Positions 50,180-62,100 of a DNA stretch of 64,000 nt are shown here, in pieces (within the stretch, counting starts at the first letter, position 1; each line of letters starts with the position of its first letter). Source of the DNA: Antedon mediterranea. Taxonomy: Eukaryota; Animalia; Echinodermata. The stretch is from the NCBI RefSeq assembly GCF_964355755.1, contig NC_092680.1, positions 11,098,001 through 11,162,000 of the forward strand, given 5' to 3'. The notes below the pieces were generated by a model. That model was given only the letters and a program-made list of their open reading frames with translations. It did no database searches and had not been told where the DNA came from. Position numbers and translations under genes: made by a program.

Positions 50180-53100
50180 TCAAATGCGATTTGAAGCTAT
50201 TCTGTACACTTTTATGTTTTGTGTGAAAAAGTTTTGTCGAAATTCTCAAAATGGTCTAAAACGTTTTTAAATACGATATTAAGCTGTTTTGTGCACTTTG
50301 ATGATTTGTGTGAAAAGTTTTAACGAAATGCTCAAAATGGTCAAAAACGGTTTCTAATGTGATTTTAAGCACTTTGATGTTTTTGTGTAACCAAGTTTTT
50401 TCAAAAATCACAAAATGGTCTAAAACGTCTCCAAATGCGATTTGAAGCTTTTCTAAGCACTTTGGTGTTTTTATGTTAACAAGTTTTTTCGAAAATCACA
50501 AAATGGTCTAAAACGTCTCCAAATGCGATTTGAAGATATTCTGAGCACTTTGGTGTTTTTATGTTAAAAAGTTTTTTCGAAAATCACAAAATAGTCTAAA
50601 ACGTCTCCAAATGCGATTTGAAGCTATTCTGTACACTTTGATGTTTTGTGTGAAAAAGTTTTGTCGAAATGCTCAAAATGGTCTAAAACGTTTTTAAAAC
50701 GATATTAAGCTATTTTGTGCTCTTTGATGTTTTTGTGTAACCAAGTTTCATCGAAAATCACAAAATGGTCTAAAACGTCTCAAAATGCGATTTGAAGCTT
50801 TTCTAAGCACTTTGGTGTTTTTATGTTAACAAGTTTTTTCGAAAATCTTGAAATGGTCTAAAATGTCTCCAAATGCGATTTGAAGATATTCTGAGCACTT
50901 TGGTGTTTTTATGTTAAAAAGTTTTTTCGAAAATCACAAAATGGTCTAAAACGTCTCCAAATGCGATTTGAAGCTCTTCTGTACACTTTGATGTTTTGTG
51001 TGAAAAAGATTTGTCGATATGCTCAAAATGGTCTAAAACGTTTTTAAATACGATATTAAGCTGTTTTGTGCACTTTAATGATTTGTGTGAAAAGTTTTAC
51101 GAAATGCTCAAAATGGTCTAAAACGGTTTCTAATGTGATTTTAAGCACTTTGATGTTTTTGTGTAACCAAGTTTTTTCGAAAATCACAAAATGGTCTAAA
51201 ACGTCTCCAAATGCGATTTCAAGCTTTTCTAAGCACTTTGGTGTTTTTATGTTAACAAGTTTTTTCGAAAATCACAAAATGGTCTAAAACGTCTCCAAAT
51301 GCGATTTGAAGCTTTTCTAAGCACTTTGGTGTTTTTATGTTAACAAGTTTTTTCGAAAATCTTGAAATGGTCTAAAATGTCTCCAAATGCTATTTGAAGA
51401 TATTCTGAGCACTTTGGTGTTTTTATGTTAAAAAGTTTTTTCGAAAATCAAAAAATGGTCTAAAACGTCTCCAAATGCGATTTGAAGCTCTTCTGTACAC
51501 TTTGATGTTTTGTGTGAAAAAGATTTGTCGATATGCTCAAAATGGTCTAAAACGTTTTTAAATACGATATTAAGCTGTTTTGTGCACTTTAATGATTTGT
51601 GTGAAAAGTTTTACGAAATGCTCAAAATGGTCTAAAACGGTTTCTAATGTGATTTTAAGCACTTTGATGTTTTTGTGTAACCAAGTTTTTTCGAAAATCA
51701 CAAAATGGTCTAAAACGTCTCCAAATGCGATTTGAAGCTATTCTGTACACTTTGATGTTTTGTGTGAAAAAGTTTTGTCAAAATGCTCAAAATGGTCTAA
51801 AACGTTTTTAAAACGATATTAAGCTATTTTGTGCTCTTTGATGTTTTTGTGTAACCAAGTTTCATCGAAAATCACAAAATGGTCTAAAACGTCTCCAAAT
51901 GCGATTTGAAGCTTTTCTAAGCACTTTGGTGTTTTTATGTTAAAAAGTTTTTTCGAAAATCACAAAATAGTCTAAAACGTCTCCAAATGCGATTTGAAGC
52001 TATTCTGTACACTTTGATGTTTTGTGTGAAAAAGTTTTGTCAAAATGCTCAAAATGGTCTAAAACGTTTTTAAAACGATATTAAGCTATTTTGTGCTCTT
52101 TGATGTTTTTGTGTAACCAAGTTTCATCGAAAATCACAAAATGGTCTAAAACGTCTCCAAATGCGATTTAAAGCTTTTCTAAGCACTTTGGTGTTTTTAT
52201 GTTAACAAGTTTTTTCGAAAATCACGAAATGGTCTAAAATGTCTCCAAATGCGATTTGAAGATATTCTGAGCACTTAGATGTTTTTGTGTGAAAAGTTTT
52301 ATCGAAATGCTCAAAATGGTCTAAAACGGTTTCTAATGCGATTTGAAGCTATTCTGTACACTTTGAAGTTTTTTGTGAAAAAGGTTTCTCGAAATGCTCA
52401 AAATGGTCTAAAACGTTTTTATATACCATATTAAGCTATTTTGTGCACTTTTATGTTTTGTGTGAAAAAGTTTTGTCGAAATTCTCAAAATGGTCTAAAA
52501 CGTTTTTAAATACGATATTAAGCTGTTTTGTGCACTTTGATGATTTGTGTGAAAAGTTTTAACGAAATGCTCAAAATGGTCAAAAACGGTTTCTAATGTG
52601 ATTTTAAGCACTTTGATGTTTTTGTGTAACCAAGTTTTTTCAAAAATCACAAAATGGTCTAAAACGTCTCCAAATGCGATTTGAAGCTTTTCTAAGCACT
52701 TTTGTGTTTTTATGTTAACAAGTTTTTTCGAAAATCACAAAATGGTCTAAAACGTCTTCAAATGCGATTTGAAGATATTCTGAGCACTTTGGTGTTTTTA
52801 TGTTAAAAAGTTTTTTCGAAAATCACAAAATAGTCTAAAACGTCTCCAAATGCGATTTGAAGCTATTCTGTACACTTTGATGTTTTGTGTGAAAAAGTTT
52901 TGTCGAAATGCTCAAAATGGTCTAAAACGTTTTTAAAACGATATTAAGCTATTTTGTGCTCTTTGATGTTTTTGTGTAACCAAGTTTCATCGAAAATCAC
53001 AAAATGGTCTAAAACGTCTCCAAATGCGATTTGAAGCTTTTCTAAGCACTTTGGTGTTTTTATGTTAACAAGTTTTTTCGAAAATCTTGAAATGGTCTAA

Positions 53101-56100
53101 AATGTCTCCAAATGCGATTTGAAGATATTCTGAGCACTTTGGTGTTTTTATGTTAAAAAGTTTTTTCGAAAATCACAAAATGGTCTAAAACGTCTCCAAA
53201 TGCGATTTGAAGCTCTTCTGTACACTTTGATGTTTTGTGTGAAAAAGATTTGTCGATATGCTCAAAATGGTCTAAAACGTTTTTAAATACGATATTAAGC
53301 TGTTTTGTGCACTTTAATGATTTGTGTGAAAAGTTTTACGAAATGCTCAAAATGGTCTAAAACGGTTTCTAATGTGATTTTAAGCACTTTGATGTTTTTG
53401 TGTAACCAAGTTTTTTCGAAAATCACAAAATGGTCTAAAACGTCTCCAAATACGATTTGAGGATATTCTGAGCACTTTGGTGTTTTTATGTTAAAAAGTT
53501 TTTTCGAAAATCACAAAATGGTCTAAAACGTCTCCAAATGCGATTTGAAGCTATTCTGTACACTTTGATGTTTTGTGTGAAAAAGTTTTGTCGAAATGCT
53601 CAAAATGGTCTAAAACGTTTTTAAAACGATATTAAGCTATTTTGTGCTCTTTGATGTTTTTGTGTAACCAAGTTTCATCGAAATCAACAAAATGGTCTAA
53701 TACGTCTCCAAATGCGATTTGAAGTTTTTCCAAGCACTTTGCTGTTTTTATGTTAACAAGTTTTTTCGAAAATCACAAAATGGTCTAAAACGTCTTCAAA
53801 TGCGATTTGAAGCTATTCTGTACACTTTGATGTTTTGTGTGAAAAAGTTTTGTCGAAATGCTCAAAATGGTCTAAAACGTTTTTAAATACGATATAAAGC
53901 TATTTTGTGATCTTTGATGTTTTTGTGTGAAAAGTTTTATCGAAATGCTCAAAATGGTCTAAAACGGTTTCTAATGCGATTTGAAGCTATTCTGTACCCT
54001 TTGAAGTTTTTTGTGAAAAAGTTTTCTCGAAATGCTCAAAATGGTCTAAAAAGTTTTTATATACCATATTAAGCTATTTTATGCACTTTGATGTTTTTTG
54101 TGAAAAGTTTTATCGAAATGCTCAAAATGGTCTAAAACGGTTTCTATTGGGATTTTATGCACTTTGATGATTTTGTGTAACCAAGTTTCATCGAAATGTA
54201 CAAAATGGTCTAAAACGTCTCCAAATGCGATTTGAAGCTATTCTAAGTACTTTTGTGTTTTTATGTTAACAAGTTTTTTCGAAAATCACAAAATGGTCTA
54301 AAACGTCTTCAAATGCGATTTGAAGCTATTCTGTACACTTTTATGTTTTGTGTGAAAAAGTTTTGTCGAAATTCTCAAAATGGTCTAAAACGTTTTTAAA
54401 TACGATATTAAGCTGTTTTGTGCACTTTGATGATTTGTGTGAAAAGTTTTAACGAAATGCTCAAAATGGTCAAAAACGGTTTCTAATGTGATTTTAAGCA
54501 CTTTGATGTTTTTGTGTAACCAAGTTTTTTCAAAAATCACAAAATGGTCTAAAACGTCTCCAAATGCGATTTGAAGCTTTTCTAAGCACTTTGGTGTTTT
54601 TATGTTAACAAGTTTTTTCGAAAATCACAAAATGGTCTAAAACGTCTCCAAATGCGATTTGAAGATATTCTGAGCACTTTGGTGTTTTTATGTTAAAAAG
54701 TTTTTTCGAAAATCACAAAATAGTCTAAAACGTCTCCAAATGCGATTTGAAGCTATTCTGTACACTTTGATGTTTTGTGTGAAAAAGTTTTGTCGAAATG
54801 CTCAAAATGGTCTAAAACGTTTTTAAAACGATATTAAGCTATTTTGTGCTCTTTGATGTTTTTGTGTAACCAAGTTTCATCGAAAATCACAAAATGGTCT
54901 AAAACGTCTCAAAATGCGATTTGAAGCTTTTCTAAGCACTTTGGTGTTTTTATGTTAACAAGTTTTTTCGAAAATCACGAAATGGTCTAAAATGTCTCCA
55001 AATGCGATTTGAAGATATTCTGAGCACTTTGGTGTTTTTATGTTAAAAAGTTTTATCGAAAATCACAAAATGGTCTAAAACGTCTCCAAATGCGATTTGA
55101 AGCTCTTCTGTACACTTTGATGTTTTGTGTGAAAAAGTTTTGTCGAAATGCTCAAAATGGTCTAAAACGTTTTTAAATACGATATTAAGCTGTTTTGTGC
55201 ACTTTGATGATTTGTGTGAAAAGTTTTAACGAAATGCTCAAAATGGTCTAAAACGGTTTCTAATGTGATTTTAAGCACTTTGATGTTTTTGTGTAACCAA
55301 GTTTTATCGAAAATCACAAAATAGTCTAAAACGTCTCCAAATGCGATTTGAAGCTTTTCTAAGCACTTTGGTGTTTTTATGTTAACAAGTTTTTTCGAAA
55401 ATCACAAAATGGTCTAAAACGTCTCCAAATGCGATTTGAGGATATTCTGAGCACTTTGGTGTTTTTTGTTAAAAAGTTTTTTCGAAAATCACAAAATGGT
55501 CTAAAACGTCTCCAAATGCGATTTGAAGCTATTCTGTACACTTTGATGTTTTGTGTGAAAAAGTTTTGTCGAAATGCTCAAAATGGTCTAAAACATTTTT
55601 AAATACGATATTAAGCTATTTTGTGATCTTTGATGTTTTTGTGTGAAAAGTTTTATCGAAATGCTCAAAATGGTCTAAAACGGTTTCTATTGTGATTTTA
55701 AGCACTTTGATGATTTTGTGTAACCAAGTTTCATCGAAATGTACAAAATGGTCTAAAACGTCTCCAAATGCGATTTGAAGCTATTCTAAGTACTTTTGTG
55801 TTTTTATGTTAACAAGTTTTTTCGAAAATCACAAAATGGTCTAAAACGTCTTCAAATGCGATTTGAAGCTTTTCTGTACACTTTGATGTTTTGTGTGAAA
55901 AAGTTTTGTCAAAATGCTCAAAATGGTCTAAAACGTTTTTAAAACGATATTAAGCTATTTTGTGCTCTTTGATGTTTTTGTGTAACCAAGTTTCATCGAA
56001 AATCACAACATGGTCTAAAACGTCTCCAAATGCGATTTGAAGCTTTTCTAAGCACTTTGGTGTTTTTATGTTAACAAGTTTTTTCGAAAATCACAAAATG

Positions 56101-59100
56101 GTCTAAAACGTCTCCAAATGCGATTTGAAGCTCTTCTGTACACTTTGATGTTTTGTTTGAAAAAGTTTTGTCGAAATTCTCAAAATGGTCTAAAACGTTT
56201 TTAAATACGATATTAAGCTGTTTTGTGCACTTTGATGATTTGTGTGAAAAGTTTTAACGAAATGCTCAAAATGGTCTAAAACGGTTTCTAATGTGATTTT
56301 AAGCACTTTGATGTTTTTGTGTAACCAAGTTTTTTCGAAAATCACAAAATAGTCTAAAACGTCTCCAAATGCGATTTGAAGCTTTTCTAAGCACTTTGGT
56401 GTTTTTATGTTAACAAGTTTTTTCGAAAATCACAAAATGGTCTAAAGCGTCTCCAAATGCGATTTGAGGATATTCTGAGCACTTTGGTGTTTTTTTGTTA
56501 AAAAGTTTTTTCGAAAATCACAAAATGGTCTAAAACGTCTCCAAATGCGATTTGAAGCTATTCTGTACACTTTGATGTTTTGTGTGAAAAAGTTTTGTCG
56601 AAATGCTCAAAATGGTCTAAAACATTTTTAAATACGATATTAAGCTATTTTGTGATCTTTGATGTTTTTGTGTGAAAAGTTTTATCGAAATGCTCAAAAT
56701 GGTCTAAAACGGTTTCTATTGTGATTTTAAGCACTTTGATGATTTTGTGTAACCAAGTTTCATCGAAATGTACAAAATGGTCTAAAACGTCTCCAAATGC
56801 GATTTGAAGCTATTCTAAGTACTTTTGTGTTTTTATGTTAACAAGTTTTTTCGAAAATCACAAAATGGTCTAAAACGTCTTCAAATGCGATTTGAAGCTC
56901 TTCTGTACACTTTGATGTTTTGTGTGAAAAAGATTTGTCGATATGCTCAAAATGGTCTAAAACGTTTTTAAATACGATATTAAGCTGTTTTGTGCACTTT
57001 AATGATTTGTGTGAAAAGTTTTACGAAATGCTCAAAATGGTCTAAAACGGTTTCTAATGTGATTTTAAGCACTTTGATGTTTTTGTGTAACCAAGTTTTT
57101 TCGAAAATCACAAAATGGTCTAAAACGTCTCCAAATGCGATTTCAAGCTTTTCTAAGCACTTTGGTGTTTTTATGTTAACAAGTTTTTTCGAAAATCACA
57201 AAATGGTCTAAAACGTCTCCAAATGCGATTTGAAGCTATTCTGTACACTTTGATGTTTTGTGTGAACAAGTTTTGTCGAAATGCTCAAAATGGTCTAAAA
57301 CGTTTTTAAAACGATATTAAGCTATTTTGTGCTCTTTGATGTTTTTGTGTAACCAAGTTTCATCGAAATCAACAAAATGGTCTAATACGTCTCCAAATGC
57401 GATTTGAAGTTTTTCCAAGAACTTTGCTGTTTTTATGTTAACAAGTTTTTTCGAAAATCACAAAATGGTCTAAAACGTCTTCAAATGCCATTTGAAGCTA
57501 TTTTGTACACTTTGATGTTTTGTGTGAAAAAGTTTTGTCGAAATGCTCAAAATGGTCTAAAACGTTTTTAAATACGATATAAAGCTATTTTGTGATCTTT
57601 GATGTTTTTGTGTGAAAAGTTTTATCGAAATGCTCAAAATGGTCTAAAACGTCTCCAAATGCGATTTGAAGCTATTCTGTACACTTTGATGTTTTGTGTG
57701 AAAAAGTTTTGTCGAAATGCTCAAAATGGTCTAAAACGTTTTTAAATACGATATTAAGCTATTTTGTGATCTTTGATGTTTTTGTGTGAAAAGTTTTATC
57801 GAAATGCTCAAAATGGTCTAAAACGGTTTCTATTGTGATTTTAAGCACTTTGATGATTTTGTGTAACCAAGTTTCATCGAAATGTACAAAATGGTCTAAA
57901 ACGTCTCCAAATGCGATTTGAAGCTATTCTAAGTACTTTTGTGTTTTTATGTTAACAAGTTTTTTCGAAAATCACAAAATGGTCTAAAACGTCTTCAAAT
58001 GCGATTTGAAGCTATTCTGTACACTTTGATGTTTTGTGTGAAAAAGATTTGTCGATATGCTCAAAATGGTCTAAAACGTTTTTAAATACGATATTAAGCT
58101 GTTTTGTGCACTTTAATAATTTGTGTGAAAAGTTTTACGAAATGCTCAAAATGGTCTAAAACGGTTTCTAATGTGATTTTAAGCACTTTGATGTTTTTGT
58201 GTAACCAAGTTTTTTCGAAAATCACAAAATGGTCTAAAACGTCTCCAAATGCGATTTCAAGCTTTTCTAAGCACTTTGGTGTTTTTATGTTAACAAGTTT
58301 TTTCGAAAATCACAAAATGGTCTAAAACGTCTCCAAATGCGATTTGAGGATATTCTAAGCACTTTGGTGTTTTTATGTTAAAAAGTTTTTTCGAAAATCA
58401 CAAAATGGTCTAAAACGTCTCCAAATGCGATTTGAAGCTATTCTGTACACTTTGATGTTTTGTGTGAAAAAGTTTTGTCGAAATGCTCAAAATGGTCTAA
58501 AACGTTTTTAAAACGATATTAAGCTATTTTGTGCTCTTTGATGTTTTTGTGTAACCAAGTTTCATCGAAATCAACAAAATGGTCTAATACGTCTCCAAAT
58601 GCGATTTGAAGTTTTTCCAAGCACTTTGCTGTTTTTATGTTAACAAGTTTTTTCGAAAATCACAAAATGGTCTAAAACGTCTTCAAATGCGATTTGAAGC
58701 TATTCTGTACACTTTGATGTTTTGTGTGAAAAAGTTTTGTCGAAATGCTCAAAATGGTCTAAAACGTTTTTAAATACGATATAAAGCTATTTTGTGATCT
58801 TTGATGTTTTTGTGTGAAAAGTTTTATCGAAATGCTCAAAATGGTCTAAAACGGTTTCTAATGCGATTTGAAGCTATTCTGTACCCTTTGAAGTTTTTTG
58901 TGAAAAAGTTTTCTCGAAATGCTCAAAATGGTCTAAAAAGTTTTTATATACCATATTAAGCTATTTTGTGCACTTTGATGTTTTTTGTGAAAAGTTTTAT
59001 CGAAATGCTCAAAATGGTCTAAAACGGTTTCTATTGGGATTTTAAGCACTTTGATGATTTTGTGTAACCAAGTTTCATCGAAATGTACAAAATGGTCTAA

Positions 59101-62100
59101 AACGTCTCCAAATGCGATTTGAAGCTATTCTAAGTACTTTTGTGTTTTTATGTTAACAAGTTTTTTCGAAAATCACAAAATGGTCTAAAACGTCTTCAAA
59201 TGCGATTTGAAGCTATTCTGTACACTTTTATGTTTTGTGTGAAAAAGTTTTGTCGAAATTCTCAAAATGGTCTAAAACGTTTTTAAATACGATATTAAGC
59301 TGTTTTGTGCACTTTGATGATTTGTGTGAAAAGTTTTAACGAAATGTGATTTTAAGCACTTTGATGTTTTTGTGTAACCAAGTTTTTTCGAAAATCACGA
59401 AATGGTCTAAAATGTCTCCAAATGCGATTTGAAGATATTCTGAGCACTCAGATGTTTTTGTGTGAAAAGTTTTATCGAAATGCTCAAAATGGTCTAAAAC
59501 GGTTTCTAATGCGATTTGAAGCTATTCTGTACACTTTGAAGTTTTTTGTGAAAAAGTTTTCTCGAAATGCTCAAAATGGTCTAAAACGTTTTTATATACC
59601 ATATTAAGCTATTTTGTGCACTTTTATGTTTTGTGTGAAAAAGTTTTGTTGAAATTCTCAAAATGGTCTAAAACGTTTTTAAATACGATATTAAGCTGTT
59701 TTGTGCACTTTGATGATTTGTGTGAAAAGTTTTAACGAAATGCTCAAAATGGTCAAAAACGGTTTCTAATGTGATTTTAAGCACTTTGATGTTTTTGTGT
59801 AACCAAGTTTTTTCAAAAATCACAAAATGGTCTAAAACGTCTCCAAATGCGATTTGAAGCTTTTCTAAGCACTTTGGTGTTTTTATGTTAACAAGTTTTT
59901 TCGAAAATCACAAAATGGTCTAAAACGTCTCCAAATGCGATTTGAAGCTATTCTGTACACTTTGATGTTTTGTGTGAAAAAGTTTTGTCGAAATGCTCAA
60001 AATGGTCTAAAACATTTTTAAATACGATATTAAGCTATTTTGTGATCTTTGATGTTTTTGTGTGAAAAGTTTTATCGAAATGCTCAAAATGGTCTAAAAC
60101 GGTTTCTATTGTGATTTTAAGCACTTTGATGATTTTGTGTAACCAAGTTTCATCGAAATGTACAAAATGGTCTAAAACGTCTCCAAATGCGATTTGAAGC
60201 TATTCTAAGTACTTTTGTGTTTTTATGTTAACAAGTTTTTTCGAAAATCACAAAATGGTCTAAAACGTCTTCAAATGCGATTTGAAGCTATTCTGTACAC
60301 TTGGATGTTTTGTGTGAAAAAGTTTTGTCAAAATGCTCAAAATGGTCTAAAACGTTTTTAAAACGATATTAAGCTATTTTGTGCTCTTTGATGTTTTTGT
60401 GTAACCAAGTTTCATCGAAAATCACAACATGGTATAAAACGTCTCCAAATGCGATTTGAAGCTTTTCTAAGCACTTTGGTGTTTTTATGTTAACAAGTTT
60501 TTTCGAAAATCACAAAATGGTCTAAAACGTCTCCAAATGCGATTTGAAGCTTTTCTAAGCACTTTGGTGTTTTTATGTTAACAAGTTTTTTCGAAAATCT
60601 TGAAATGGTCTAAAATGTCTCCAAATGCGATTTGAAGATATTCTGAGCACTTTGGTGTTTTTATGTTAAAAAGTTTTTTCGAAAATCACAAAATGGTCTA
60701 AAACGTCTCCAAATGCGATTTGAAGCTCTTCTGTACACTTTGATGTTTTGTGTGAAAAAGATTTGTCGATATGCTCAAAATGGTCTAAAACGTTTTTAAA
60801 TACGATATTAAGCTGTTTTGTGCACTTTAATGATTTGTGTGAAAAGTTTTACGAAATGCTCAAAATGGTCTAAAACGGTTTCTAATGTGATTTTAAGCAC
60901 TTTGATGTTTTTGTGTAACCAAGTTTTTTCGAAAATCACAAAATGGTCTAAAACGTCTCCAAATGCGATTTCAAGCTTTTCTAAGCACTTTGGTGTTTTT
61001 ATGTTAACAAGTTTTTTCGAAAATCACAAAATGGTCTAAAACGTCTCCAAATGCGATTTGAGGATATTCTGAGCACTTTGGTGTTTTTATGTTATAAAGT
61101 TTTTTCGAAAATCACAAAATGGTCTAAAACGTCTCCAAATGCGATTTGAAGCTATTCTGTACACTTTGATGTTTTGTGTGAAAAAGTTTTGTCGAAATGC
61201 TCAAAATGGTCTAAAACGTTTTTAAAACGATATTAAGCTATTTTGTGCTCTTTGATGTTTTTGTGTAACCAAGTTTCATCGAAATCAACAAAATGGTCTA
61301 ATACGTCTCCAAATGCGATTTGAAGTTTTTCCAAGCACTTTGCTGTTTTTATGTTAACAAGTTTTTTCGAAAATCACAAAATGGTCTAAAACGTCTTCAA
61401 ATGCGATTTGAAGCTATTCTGTACACTTTGATGTTTTGTGTGAAAAAGTTTTGTCGAAATGCTCAAAATGGTCTAAAACGTTTTTAAATACGATATAAAG
61501 CTATTTTGTGATCTTTGATGTTTTTGTGTGAAAAGTTTTATCGAAATGCTCAAAATGGTCTAAAACGGTTTCTAATGCGATTTGAAGCTATTCTGTACCC
61601 TTTGAAGTTTTTTGTGAAAAAGTTTTCTCGAAATGCTCAAAATGGTCTAAAAAGTTTTTATATACCATATTAAGCTATTTTGTGCACTTTGATGTTTTTT
61701 GTGAAAAGTTTTATCGAAATGCTCAAAATGGTCTAAAACGGTTTCTATTGGGATTTTAAGCACTTTGATGATTTTGTGTAACCAAGTTTCATCGAAATGT
61801 ACAAAATGGTCTAAAACGTCTCCAAATGCGATTTGAAGCTATTCTAAGTACTTTTGTGTTTTTATGTTAACAAGTTTTTTTTTAAATCACAAAATGGTCT
61901 AAAACGTCTTCAAATGCGATTTGAAGCTATTCTGTACACTTTGATGTTTTGTGTGAAAAGGTTTTGTCGAAATGCTCAAAATGGTCTAAAACGTTTTTAA
62001 ATACGATATTAAGCTATTTTGTGATCTTTGATGTTTTTGTGTGAAAAGTTTTATCGAAATGCTCAAAATGGTCTAAAACGGTTTCTATTGTGATTTTAAG

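Noticed and set aside
59422-59607. 61-aa ORF with a repeated RNAQNGLKRF motif
   Set aside because: Produced by one TAG>CAG variant at ~59449; 87-bp monomers (29 codons) keep frame by chance.
14213-61039. Six near-identical 73-aa ORFs (14213, 33580, 51066, 56990, 58104, 60818)
   Set aside because: They lie wholly within satellite monomers and start at TTG. They are open only where a 1-bp deletion (TTTTACG) coincides with TTTGAAG>TTTCAAG, which removes a stop. The repeated KWSKT is just the monomer anchor. No coding evidence; useful only as markers.
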